Shown piece by piece: positions 53,763 through 63,480 of a stretch of 64,000 nt of DNA. The stretch spans positions 1-64,000 of the forward strand of contig JBJOKS010000006.1 of the NCBI GenBank assembly GCA_046045965.1. Direction: 5' to 3'. Position numbers and translations under genes: made by a program. Each line of letters opens with the position of its first letter. Position 1 is the stretch's first letter. The DNA is from Cyanobacteriota bacterium (lineage in GTDB: Bacteria; Cyanobacteriota; Cyanobacteriia; Cyanobacteriales; Nostocaceae). The notes under the pieces were generated by a model. That model was not told the origin of the DNA. It saw only the letters and a program-made list of their open reading frames with translations, and made no database searches.

Positions 53763-55349
53763 ATGACTTCCTATTCACTTGAACCACAATTTTCTACACA
53801 ACCTCTCATCGAACCCAATGCTAATAAATATCAATTGGAAGTAGATACTAGAGATTGGGAATCTCAAATGGCCAGATTGGTTGGTTTTGAAGAAGAATCC
53901 CCCCAAGTCAACATTGACGCACCAGAAGCAGAAATAGACATCTTACAACCGTCCCCATCTCAGCCGCAAGAAGTTCCAACAGAACAACATCTTTCAGCTA
54001 ATCCCTTTGCTAAGTTAACCTTAGTAGGTAGTGCTACCTTGACCGTAGTGCTATTAGCTGGTGGTTTTCTATCGCAGATTATGAGTACCAGCAATCAAAA
54101 GCCCAAAAATAATCCTGTTTCTTCAACAGCAGCATTAGCACCAAAAATTGAACCCAGCCAGCAAAATTTAGCGCAGGAAATAGAGACTTTAAAAACAAAA
54201 TTGGCGCTTGCTGAACAAGCACAGGCTGTAACAGCAGCACAACAAAATTTGAGAAATAGAGCAACTTCACCGGTGGAAACTCCACGGCTAAACAACAGAA
54301 CACCAATACCTGTGCAAACTGCTTCTGCACCCCGCGTAGTCACAGTTGAGCGCATCATTGAAAAACCCTATTCTCCATTACCATCTGTCCCACCAGTTGC
54401 TGTTGTCCCGACCGTTGCACCATCAAACGACCCTCCAGAGGCCAACCCAGACACCCAACCATCTCCACCAGCTCCACCTGACCCCCTCGAAGAATGGACA
54501 AAATTAGCCAAGTTAGGTAGCTACGGTCAGGTTTACACTACTGGTCAATCTGGTGTGAATATCGCTCAAGTAGCTCCTCTTAATAATACTAATGTCAGCA
54601 AACAGCCAACCAACTTCAACCCGGAACCACCACCATCAGAGCCAGAAATTCTAGTCAGTCAAGCACAACAGCAAAACTCGAAATCAGTCAAAGTAGGAAC
54701 TAGTGCCAAAGCTGTATTGCTAACAGCTATATTTGGGGAAACGACAAAAGGAAGGAATAATGATCGGAATAATCAAAAAGATGAAAATACTGATGTATTT
54801 GTAGTGCAGTTGAAAGAACCACTAAAATCTCTGGATGGTGCGATCGCTTTACCTGCTAAGACTGAATTATTAACTCAAATTCGTTCTATTTCCGAACGAG
54901 GACTATTGCAGTTGGATGTAGTCAAAGTGATATCACAAGACAACGGCCAGCTTCAAGAAAAAAGCTTACCCAACAATGCAATTACTATTCGCGCTTCCCA
55001 AGGTAGACCGCTAGTAGCAAACAAATTTCCTAATAATGGCTCATCCATAGCCGGAATGGATGCCGGACTATTTGTTTTAGGAGGTGTCAGTAGAGCCGCA
55101 GAGTTATTAAATCGTATTGACACCCAAGTTACAACCAATTCTGGCAGCACTGTTGTTACCAACTCTAACGGCCAACGTAATCTAGCAGCGGGAATTGTGG
55201 AAGGTGGTTTAAAATCTATAGTTCCGCAAATTACCCAACGTAATCAACAAGCAATTTCTCAACTTATCCAACAAAGTAATACTAATGTTTGGTTGCTACC
55301 CGCTGGTCAAGAAGTGGAAATATATATTAATCGCACCATGCAATTTTAG
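53763..55349 (+). CDS. TrbI/VirB10-like T4SS core protein
   Basis: TM anchor, coiled coil, long Pro-rich linker, C-terminal beta domain (VKVGTSAKAVL...LPAGQEVEIYIN); ATG 53763 preferred over TTG 53658. Confidence 0.75.
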   Translation: MTSYSLEPQFSTQPLIEPNANKYQLEVDTRDWESQMARLVGFEEESPQVNIDAPEAEIDILQPSPSQPQEVPTEQHLSANPFAKLTLVGSATLTVVLLAGGFLSQIMSTSNQKPKNNPVSSTAALAPKIEPSQQNLAQEIETLKTKLALAEQAQAVTAAQQNLRNRATSPVETPRLNNRTPIPVQTASAPRVVTVERIIEKPYSPLPSVPPVAVVPTVAPSNDPPEANPDTQPSPPAPPDPLEEWTKLAKLGSYGQVYTTGQSGVNIAQVAPLNNTNVSKQPTNFNPEPPPSEPEILVSQAQQQNSKSVKVGTSAKAVLLTAIFGETTKGRNNDRNNQKDENTDVFVVQLKEPLKSLDGAIALPAKTELLTQIRSISERGLLQLDVVKVISQDNGQLQEKSLPNNAITIRASQGRPLVANKFPNNGSSIAGMDAGLFVLGGVSRAAELLNRIDTQVTTNSGSTVVTNSNGQRNLAAGIVEGGLKSIVPQITQRNQQAISQLIQQSNTNVWLLPAGQEVEIYINRTMQF

Positions 55350-55361
55350 CTGTAAACAACT

Positions 55362-56033
55362 ATGAAACATCTTCATTTGACAACAAAAACTTCAAATAAG
55401 ACCAATTTGAAAAATGATAGCGGCAAATGGATTTATAGACTCTATCTGCATAATTTTCTTCCCCATCGAGAATCTAAAATCCAAAATCCAAAATCGTATT
55501 ATCCTCATTTATTACCTCTGGCTTCCCTGGTGTTCTCAGTGGCCATGTTATTGTTGGCGGGTCGTGCTGTAGCTAATAATGCTGTTCTCCGTTCCCTGTT
55601 TTCCTGTCAAGCGCAGGGTTTATCAGGAATTGTACCAACTATTGAGGTTTCCTATCAACAAGGTACAAATTTAAGCTTTCTTCCTGCTGGTGAAACCATT
55701 AGAAAAGTTTGGTTAAATGACCCGTCACAGGTGACAATGGATTTTGATGGACCGATGTGTACGCAGTTCGGAGAAGAACCCAAACTGAGTGCAGGGGACT
55801 GTAAAAACTCAGCAGCAAATGTCATTCAACTGCGACGAATTGAAAGGCTAAAAATTCCGGGATTACCCAAAATGGACAACACACTTTTAACAGTAATTAC
55901 CGAAAGGCAAGGAAAAAACAAGCTCTATACTTTTAGAATACTATATAAAGATGTTGCGCCTGGGTATCACACGTTAGCTATTTATCAAGATTCATCTTCT
56001 AATGGGGCAAATTGTGCCAGAAGTGCATATTAA
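55362..56033 (+). CDS. T4SS VirB9-like exported protein (start uncertain)
   Basis: Signal-like segment ending GRAVA; GTNLSF..GETIRKVWLNDPS and TLLTVIT...LYTF resemble TrbG/VirB9 folds; AAAATCC repeats in the 5' part. Confidence 0.55.
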   Translation: MKHLHLTTKTSNKTNLKNDSGKWIYRLYLHNFLPHRESKIQNPKSYYPHLLPLASLVFSVAMLLLAGRAVANNAVLRSLFSCQAQGLSGIVPTIEVSYQQGTNLSFLPAGETIRKVWLNDPSQVTMDFDGPMCTQFGEEPKLSAGDCKNSAANVIQLRRIERLKIPGLPKMDNTLLTVITERQGKNKLYTFRILYKDVAPGYHTLAIYQDSSSNGANCARSAY

Positions 56034-56178
56034 TTCATATTACCTGAATCACAGAAAACTCAGTAGATGGCATCAATAGCAACCTGGACTTGAGCAGATG
56101 TTAAAATCATCTGGAACATTTCTACCCGCTATTCGACTTACAATTTAACAGTAGAACTTCTAATATGTGGTGAGAATT

Positions 56179-56715
56179 ATGAAACGCTTTCTTAAGTCTT
56201 TGGTAACAATTTCTGCTTTATCTTCCTTGGTAATTGCTCCCGCATTTCTGTCAGTTGGTAAAGCTGCTGCCGAAACCCAAAAAGGCACAGATGCCAGTTA
56301 TATTGGTGTTGGTGTAGCTGCTGGTGTTACTAATGGTGGACAAAACAACGATGCTGCTACCTTTGGTGGCAATGTCACAGGTCGTTTAAAATTGGGAAAT
56401 ACACCTTTTTCTGCACGGGGTAATGTCCTCTGGAGCGATGAAACCTCTGCTATCATTCCTGAACTTTCTGTAGATGTACCTATTGCTAATAAAACCAATG
56501 TCTTTGTTACTGGTGGCTATTCTTTTGTAGAGTCAGATGGTAGACCAACACCTTTGGGTAACAGAGATTCCGTAGTTGTAGGTGCTGGGGTAGAATCTGA
56601 AGTGACTAAAAACTTCCTCGTCTACACTAACGCTAAACTTGGACTGGGTGCATACCAAAATAGTGATGCTTCTGCTGTTAGCATCAATGGTGGTATCGGC
56701 TATCGCTTTAAGTAA
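56179..56715 (+). CDS. Small outer-membrane beta-barrel protein
   Basis: Signal peptide (KAAAE), alternating beta strands, C-terminal GGIGYRF(K). Confidence 0.75.
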   Translation: MKRFLKSLVTISALSSLVIAPAFLSVGKAAAETQKGTDASYIGVGVAAGVTNGGQNNDAATFGGNVTGRLKLGNTPFSARGNVLWSDETSAIIPELSVDVPIANKTNVFVTGGYSFVESDGRPTPLGNRDSVVVGAGVESEVTKNFLVYTNAKLGLGAYQNSDASAVSINGGIGYRFK

Positions 56716-56718
56716 GTA

Positions 56719-56780
56719 GGTGATTGGTGATTGGTGATTGGTGACTGGGTAAAAATGACTAATAACTAATGACCAATGAC
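56719..56780. repeat. STRR cluster (GGTGATT)n / (TAATGAC)n
   Basis: Read directly; the arms are partly complementary. Confidence 0.75.
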
Positions 56781-57052
56781 AACTGCTCAGGTACTTGTTG
56801 ACATAATACATATTTATAGCTATATGTCAACAGATAAAAACAAAAATATTTTGTGTTTATTTACATCTATCTACTGAACTTGCTGGTTTTGTTAAGTGTG
56901 AAATCACTAATGAAGCCGGCTTTTCACTGTGTTAAAATTAAGTTATTATTCATAATTCCAAGTGGATTTTTGGTGTTCTACCAGCAGAAAAGGTATAGCT
57001 AAATTCCTAATTAGACTTTAACTGCTGCATTATTGAGAAACATACTACTGTA

Positions 57053-58966
57053 ATGGTTAACTCTGCTCCTTCTTCCGTTAACAACCGTAAACCTTCCAAA
57101 GTCGAAGGTATCAAAGAAAATAGTAATTTTTTGCGTGAACCTGTAGCTACTGAAATTCTTGAGGATACAACCCATTTTAGTGAAGATGCGATCCAAATTC
57201 TCAAGTTTCACGGGTCTTATCAACAGGATAACCGTGATAATCGTGTCAAGGGACAGGAAAAAGATTACCAAATGATGCTGCGGACAAAAAACCCTGGTGG
57301 GTTAGTACCACCTCAGCTATATTTGGCTTTAGATACATTGGCGGATGAATATGGTAATCATACGTTAAGAGCTACTACCCGCCAAGGTTTTCAGCTACAT
57401 GGGATTTTGAAAAAGAATCTCAAAGCAGCGATCGCCACAATTGTCAAGAATTTGGGTTCTACTTTGGGTGCTTGTGGTGATATCAACCGCAACGTTATGG
57501 CTCCCCCCGCACCATTTAAAAATCGTCCAGAATATCAGTATGCTTGGGAATATGCCCAAAATATTGCTGATTTGCTTTCACCCCAAACCGGCGCTTATTA
57601 TGAAATTTGGTTGGATGGGGAAAAAGCCATTAGTGCTGAAGAACACCCAGATGTGAAAGCAGCACGACAGAAAAATGGGACTGGGACTATTATTCATGAT
57701 TCCGTAGAACCAATCTATGGTACTCATTATATGCCCCGCAAATTCAAAGTTTGCGTAACCGTTCCCGGTGATAATTCTGTAGATTTGTATTCCCAGGATT
57801 TAACATTGGTAGTAATGACCAATAAAAAAGGGGAATTACAAGGTTTTAACGTCTTTGCTGGTGGTGGTTTAGGAAGAACTCACAATAAGGAAGAAACCTT
57901 TGCGCGAGTCGCTGATCCAATTTGCTATGTGGCAAAGGATGATGTTTATGATATCGTCAAGGCGATTGTTGCTACTCAAAGAGATTATGGCGATCGCACC
58001 GACAGAAGACACGCCAGATTAAAATATTTAATCAATGATTGGGGTGTAGACAAATTCCGCACTCAAGTGGAAGAATACTTTGGTAAAGCTGTCGAACCGT
58101 TTAAACAATTACCGAAATTCAAATATCAAGATTATTTGGGATGGAATGAACAAGGGGACGGTAAACTGTTCTTGGGTATTTCCATTGATAATGGTCGGGT
58201 AAAAGATGAAGGTTCTTTTCAACTCAAAACCGCTTTACGGACAATAGTTGAACAGTTTAACCTGCCTATTCGTCTCACAGGCAACCAAAACCTGATTTTT
58301 TACGATATTTTACCAGAAAACAAAGAAGCGATTCAAGAAATTTTGGATAAATGTGGTGTTATTGCTGATCCTAGTCAAATCGCAGCCTTAACCCGCTATG
58401 CTATGGCTTGTCCCGCTTTACCTACCTGCGGTTTAGCAATTACCGAGTCAGAAAGGGCAATTCCTGGTATTTTAGAAAGAATCCGCGCTTTATTAGATAA
58501 AGTGGGTTTACAAAAAGACCATTTTGTGGTAAGGATGACAGGATGCCCTAATGGTTGCGCTCGTCCTTATATGGCAGAATTAGGTTTTGTAGGTAGCGCA
58601 CCAGAATCTTATCAAGTTTGGTTGGGTGGTTCACCAGATCAAACGCGGTTAGCTCAACCTATCATTGAAAAGCTGCACGACAATGACATCGAAAGCTTTT
58701 TAGAGCCGATTTTTGTCTATTTTAAAAAGTTCCGCAAGGGTAAAGAGAGTTTTGGTGATTTTTGCGATCGCATTGGTTTTGATGCTATCCGCGAATTTTC
58801 AGCCACTTACACACCTGGAGAACCTAGCAGCAGCGGAAAATCTCGTCATCGGGTGAGTTTACGGGATGATGTTTATGAGCAACTCAAGGAAACCGCAGAA
58901 AAGCTGAATAAACCTATGACTGAGTTGGTACACGAAGCTTTGGATAAGTATTTCCAAAGTCTGTAG
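57053..58966 (+). CDS. sir: Ferredoxin-dependent sulfite reductase with C-terminal ribbon-helix-helix
   Basis: [54 protein letters not shown]. Confidence 0.96.
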   Translation: MVNSAPSSVNNRKPSKVEGIKENSNFLREPVATEILEDTTHFSEDAIQILKFHGSYQQDNRDNRVKGQEKDYQMMLRTKNPGGLVPPQLYLALDTLADEYGNHTLRATTRQGFQLHGILKKNLKAAIATIVKNLGSTLGACGDINRNVMAPPAPFKNRPEYQYAWEYAQNIADLLSPQTGAYYEIWLDGEKAISAEEHPDVKAARQKNGTGTIIHDSVEPIYGTHYMPRKFKVCVTVPGDNSVDLYSQDLTLVVMTNKKGELQGFNVFAGGGLGRTHNKEETFARVADPICYVAKDDVYDIVKAIVATQRDYGDRTDRRHARLKYLINDWGVDKFRTQVEEYFGKAVEPFKQLPKFKYQDYLGWNEQGDGKLFLGISIDNGRVKDEGSFQLKTALRTIVEQFNLPIRLTGNQNLIFYDILPENKEAIQEILDKCGVIADPSQIAALTRYAMACPALPTCGLAITESERAIPGILERIRALLDKVGLQKDHFVVRMTGCPNGCARPYMAELGFVGSAPESYQVWLGGSPDQTRLAQPIIEKLHDNDIESFLEPIFVYFKKFRKGKESFGDFCDRIGFDAIREFSATYTPGEPSSSGKSRHRVSLRDDVYEQLKETAEKLNKPMTELVHEALDKYFQSL

Positions 58967-58974
58967 AACGATAT

Positions 58975-59022
58975 TCTCACGCAAAGGCGCAAAGACGCAA
59001 AGTTTTTAGTTTTTGCGTGAGA
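58975..59022. repeat. Short inverted-repeat element TCTCACGCAAA...TTTGCGTGAGA
   Basis: 11-bp perfect terminal inverted repeat with internal CGCAAAG units; same ends as the repeats flanking mrr. Confidence 0.7.
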
Positions 59023-59381
59023 TTTACAAGCAATATTAAATCTTTAGGACTTACAGCAAATATCTCCAAAACTCTGTGTTCTCTGTACCTCTGTGGTTCG
59101 TTACAATTAAGACATAAAAGACACAAAGAGAACAAAAGGGAAAAAATTTTTGATCAAATCATCGTTAAGACTTGACAAGTCGCAAATATTATTTTATGCT
59201 ATATGTTATGAGTGGGAAAGTGTGCGCCCATATATAACGGGTTTTTAATTATCAACATTATTATTTGCGATCGCATCCTGTAAATCTTTTATTTTTGACT
59301 TTTGACTTTTGACTTCCCGAAGGGTGTCCTGATGCTGACAAAAAATGTTAAATTTGCTATATATTGCTTTAAGGTTCAGGT

Positions 59382-59861
59382 ATGACGATCAGAACAATAC
59401 CATCTCTTCAACCTAACCTGTATGAAGAAGATTATTATTTATGGATAGAAACTACTCTTCAACAAATACAAAATCAAGATATTGAAAATTTAGATTGGTC
59501 ACATTTAGCAGAAGAGATAGAAGCTTTGGGAATTGAACAAAGACGAAAAGTAGAAAGTTATCTCAAGCAACTATTAATTCATCTTCTGCTTTATTGTTAT
59601 TGGGAAAGTGAAAGAGAATTTTGTCAACGGGGTTGGAAAAATGAAATTGCTAATTTTCGTGATGAATTAGAATTTTCTTGTCGTTCTAAAACACTATATA
59701 ATTATTTTTTGAGTTGTTTAGATTCTGTTTATCTCAAAGCGAGAAAACAAGCGATTCAAAAAACAGGTTTACCGAGTGTAACTTTTCCTGAACAATGTCC
59801 TTTTACTCCTGAAGAAATTTTAAATAGTGATTATTTTCCTGATTCTGACAAAAGCGTATAA
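59382..59861 (+). CDS. DUF29 family protein
   Basis: LYEEDYYLW, LDWSHLAEEIEALG, LLIHLL, FPEQCPFTPEEIL. Confidence 0.9.
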   Translation: MTIRTIPSLQPNLYEEDYYLWIETTLQQIQNQDIENLDWSHLAEEIEALGIEQRRKVESYLKQLLIHLLLYCYWESEREFCQRGWKNEIANFRDELEFSCRSKTLYNYFLSCLDSVYLKARKQAIQKTGLPSVTFPEQCPFTPEEILNSDYFPDSDKSV

Positions 59862-59865
59862 TAAT

Positions 59866-60657
59866 TTATTGTCCATGAAATTTAATCATTCTACTGTTTA
59901 CAGGTTGCACTGGACGAGCATTTACTTGATATAAACTTTGGAAAGCTGCAATTTGTTTTTCTGAAACTTGAATCGGTTCAATTAACAAATTCCATTTTAC
60001 ATTTTCACTGCATGGTGGTGTAGTTAGTGAACCACTATAACTGAAAAAAGCTTTATTTTTAGGCAATAAATTAGCAGCATTAATGGTAGAATTTTGAACT
60101 TCATTGTTTTTTTCCACTGTGGAAATATGCTGCCATATTTGAGCAATAAAGGGATTATTTGTACCTTTATTTATCATCACTCCCACAACTGCTAGTTGAT
60201 TTTTAGCATTGCGGTGAACCAAGTGCATTTCTAGAGCAGAGGCTTTATTATTAATAGTATGTTCGCTAGGTGTGTGAAAATGAAATTGGATAAGTTCATA
60301 TTCATCATCGTTAAGTTTCATGGTGCTACCTGGTTGATAATTTACTTGCACAGTATGACCATTATTCACAACTAATAAAGGTGTTGGTTGATAGTTAAAC
60401 TGTATTTTAATGGGAGTTCCTTCTACTGCATTATTGATATTAATAGGAGATTGATTTTTCCCCAGTTCACAAAGAGCAAAGTTAGGACTGATTTCTCCCC
60501 ATTGAGTAGGATTATTTGCACCTCCATAACTCCAATTTGGCTTATTTTCTTCAGCTATAACTTGTGTAGAAAACACAACCATCAAGCCTATTAAAAATGT
60601 TAAAATTATGAACAGATTGCTAGATAAAATATTTTTTACTTTCCCGCTTAATTTCAT
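59866..60657 (-). CDS. Alpha-class carbonic anhydrase, exported (EcaA-like)
   Basis: Signal peptide; WSYGG, QSPINI, QFHFHTPSEH, LEMHLVH, YSGSLTTPPCSE, NARPVQ. Confidence 0.92.
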   Translation of the reverse strand: MKLSGKVKNILSSNLFIILTFLIGLMVVFSTQVIAEENKPNWSYGGANNPTQWGEISPNFALCELGKNQSPININNAVEGTPIKIQFNYQPTPLLVVNNGHTVQVNYQPGSTMKLNDDEYELIQFHFHTPSEHTINNKASALEMHLVHRNAKNQLAVVGVMINKGTNNPFIAQIWQHISTVEKNNEVQNSTINAANLLPKNKAFFSYSGSLTTPPCSENVKWNLLIEPIQVSEKQIAAFQSLYQVNARPVQPVNSRMIKFHGQ

Positions 60658-60716
60658 AATGCTATATCTATACTTGAAAAACACTATAATCTCTCAACGG
60701 AAACAATACAAGTAAA

Positions 60717-61415
60717 ATGCAACGGATTACAATTCAATCTTCTCAACTTCAAGAAAAACAACTTTTATTAACACCCCAACAACAACATTATTTATTGCGA
60801 GTGTTGCGTTTACAAGATGGGGATAAATTTATTGCGATGGATGGTATGGGTAAATGGTGGTTAACCCAATTAACAGGGGAAACAGGAGAAATTTTAGAAT
60901 TATTAGAAGTGAAAACAGAGTTACCTGTCTCTATCACTTTGATGGTAGCTTTACCCAAAGGAAATGGTTTTGATGATGTGGTTCGATGTTGTACAGAATT
61001 GGGTGTAACTTGTATTTTACCAGTTTTGAGCGATCGCACCCTATTAAATCCCAGTCCACAAAAATTAGAACGCTGGAGACGCATAGCTGCTGAAGCTGCG
61101 GAACAGTCAGAACGCGCTTTTGTCCCCACCATATTAGAACCTATAGCTTTTAGCACCGCATTAAGTGAATGTAAAGTAAATCACCGTTATATCTGTGAAG
61201 CGCGTGGAGATTATCTGCATTTGAAAAAAGTGCTAAATAACTGCTCTGATGAAATTATAATTGCGATCGGACCAGAAGGGGGATGGACAGAGAAAGAAGT
61301 TTCAATGGCCATAAACGCAGAATTTCAGCCTGTTTCCCTGGGTTGTCGTATTCTTCGCGCAGTCACCGCTCCAATTGTAGCATTATCCTTGATTGCCGCT
61401 GCTTGTGAAGCCTAA
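60717..61415 (+). CDS. rsmE: 16S rRNA m3U1498 methyltransferase
   Basis: HYLLRVLRL, TELGV, EAAEQSER, IGPEGGW, SLGCRILRA. Confidence 0.93.
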   Translation: MQRITIQSSQLQEKQLLLTPQQQHYLLRVLRLQDGDKFIAMDGMGKWWLTQLTGETGEILELLEVKTELPVSITLMVALPKGNGFDDVVRCCTELGVTCILPVLSDRTLLNPSPQKLERWRRIAAEAAEQSERAFVPTILEPIAFSTALSECKVNHRYICEARGDYLHLKKVLNNCSDEIIIAIGPEGGWTEKEVSMAINAEFQPVSLGCRILRAVTAPIVALSLIAAACEA

Positions 61416-61483
61416 ACCGCAATACTTTGTGATAATTATTCAAAAGTGAATGTAATCTGCGGAATGTGGGTATAAATTATATA

Positions 61484-61539
61484 TCTCACGCTCCAAGATC
61501 AAAATAACGCTTTTTGCATCTTTGCTTCTAGGCGTGAGA
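61484..61539. repeat. Degenerate short element TCTCACGC...GCGTGAGA
   Basis: 8-bp terminal inverted repeat identical to the ends of the 58975-59022 element. Confidence 0.55.
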
Positions 61540-61564
61540 CATTCATTTAAGTTTATATAAAGTT

Positions 61565-62647
61565 ATGTTGGAAGAAGTTATCAACGCCTTTGAACGCCAA
61601 GACTACCAAACCGCAGCTAAATTAATTAAACCATTACTCAAACAATCACCGGAAGATCCTTGGGTGCAATTTTATCTGGCAAGGTTACAAGAAGTTTATG
61701 GAAAGCGACAAGAAGCAGAAAAAATTTATCGTCAACTGCTAAAAGTCACCATCAATAACAAAATATTATCACAAGCACGTCAAGGTTTGCAAAGAATCAA
61801 AGAATTTGAACAAGAAGAAAGACAAAAAGCTATTGTTCAAGCAACATCAGAACCAAGTAACATCGAACAGGGAATATTAGTTTTAGAACCAATTAACAGT
61901 GAACAAAAAACCATAGCTGCGCCAAAATTTGCCCAAATTATGCAAATAGATGCCTACTCAGCCCGAATGATGTTACCAAGTCGCAGTTGGAGAGTATACC
62001 GGACAGGAAAAATAGGTGAAATGCAATTTTATGGTACACAGCTACAACAAGCTGGAATTCCCTGCTTTTGGCTGAAAATATCCCAAATTCAACAAATTCA
62101 AGTATATCAAGTCAAACATTTCTCCAACTCGTCACCAAACCCCAATGTTGTATGTCTTAATTCAGAAAATAAACCTGGTTCTTTTAGTTTTGAATGGTCA
62201 GAAGTCACAGCGAGAGTTGTAGGACTATTACCTATTTTTGAACAGGTTGTAGATATCAATGTCCGTGGTAAATTAGAACGTAAAACCCAAACTCAAGACT
62301 ATGCCCAATTTTGTGATTTACACCTACCTGGAAAACGTACCATTTTGCGAATTTACGACAATGGCTATGAATTTCAACAAGGTTTAGAAATCACACCCCA
62401 AGCCACACAAAACACAATTAGAATAAACTGGAATGGTTTGATGAATTGGGTTGAGAAAAAATTACCTCTAGTTCAAGTTTGGTCAGAATTCCAGCCTTTT
62501 GGAGAAAAAGTTTTAGATCAAACAGAAGTCTTAAATCAAATTCCCTCTCATATTCAACTTTTTAGGAGAGAACAGACTAATTGGGATGCAGCATTTCAGT
62601 TATACAGTGGAATTGTATTTGTTAAAAATGCATCAACCAATTTATAG
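61565..62647 (+). CDS. Tetratricopeptide-repeat protein, conserved in cyanobacteria
   Basis: N-terminal TPR-like helices (YQTAAKLI...PWVQFYLARL...AEKIYRQLL). Confidence 0.75.
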   Translation: MLEEVINAFERQDYQTAAKLIKPLLKQSPEDPWVQFYLARLQEVYGKRQEAEKIYRQLLKVTINNKILSQARQGLQRIKEFEQEERQKAIVQATSEPSNIEQGILVLEPINSEQKTIAAPKFAQIMQIDAYSARMMLPSRSWRVYRTGKIGEMQFYGTQLQQAGIPCFWLKISQIQQIQVYQVKHFSNSSPNPNVVCLNSENKPGSFSFEWSEVTARVVGLLPIFEQVVDINVRGKLERKTQTQDYAQFCDLHLPGKRTILRIYDNGYEFQQGLEITPQATQNTIRINWNGLMNWVEKKLPLVQVWSEFQPFGEKVLDQTEVLNQIPSHIQLFRREQTNWDAAFQLYSGIVFVKNASTNL

Positions 62648-62695
62648 ATAAGGAAATTTGAGATTTTGGATTAAAAGTAGGACTTATTTTCTGTT

Positions 62696-62717
62696 TGAGG
62701 ACTAAAGTCCTCACTAC
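62696..62717 (-). repeat. REP-like element GTAG-TGAGGACT-TT-AGTCCTCA
   Basis: GTAG tetranucleotide immediately followed by a perfect 8-bp hairpin. Confidence 0.6.
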
Positions 62718-62749
62718 GAGCAATATACTCTATATTCAACAAGTTAATT

Positions 62750-62780
62750 AATCCAAAATCTAAAATCCAAAATCTAAAAT
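62750..62780. repeat. STRR (AAAATCC/AAAATCT)n
   Basis: Read directly. Confidence 0.75.
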
Positions 62781-62785
62781 TGAAT

Positions 62786-63127
62786 TTATCCAGGTACTTT
62801 CGCTTGACTTGCCATATCCAGAAAACTATTCATGTTCGCACCAGGACGACGACGACCAGAAGATGGAGTAATTAAATATTTAGTGGCAAAATTTGTTTCA
62901 GTTGCTACTGCTGGTTGTGCTGGTGCTGGTTTGGGTGCTTTAGCAGGTTCTGGTTTGGGGGTTGCTGCTTTAGCGGGTTCTGCTGTTACTGGTGCTGCTG
63001 GTGCTGCTGCTGGTTTGGTTTCTCCAGCTTCTTCTTTTAGTTCCAAGTAGTATTCATCTTTTTTGCCAAATAACCCACCGATGAAACTGAAAATACCACC
63101 GATTAAATTTTTGATAAATCCAAACAT
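62786..63127 (-). CDS. Small Ala/Pro/Lys-rich hypothetical protein
   Basis: Amphipathic N-terminus MFGFIKNLIGGIFSFIGGLFGKK, low-complexity linker, C-terminal RRRPGANMNSFLDMA. Confidence 0.7.
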   Translation of the reverse strand: MFGFIKNLIGGIFSFIGGLFGKKDEYYLELKEEAGETKPAAAPAAPVTAEPAKAATPKPEPAKAPKPAPAQPAVATETNFATKYLITPSSGRRRPGANMNSFLDMASQAKVPG

Positions 63128-63480
63128 GACAATTTCTCCTGTCTTAATATTTTGCAAGATCACCGCAATTGTTAATTATTTCAACATAATTTTACATTTT
63201 GTTGCCATAATTGCCGACGGTAATAATTTTAAGGATTTTTACTTGATCGCCTTGTAGTCATTCCTTATGGCAATTGTTATGACTTCATTACAACCATTAC
63301 CAACTGATGAATACTAGCGAAATCATTATTAAATCTTACCGTATCTATAAGCAAGATTATGAGACTTTTCTTAACAAAAATTAACAATAACTGGTTAGCT
63401 GCAAAAACTGTCATATTCTCTTGGCGGCTAGGTGAGATACTCGGTTAGATTTTCTACAGAGTTAATGCAGAATAGTTGTA

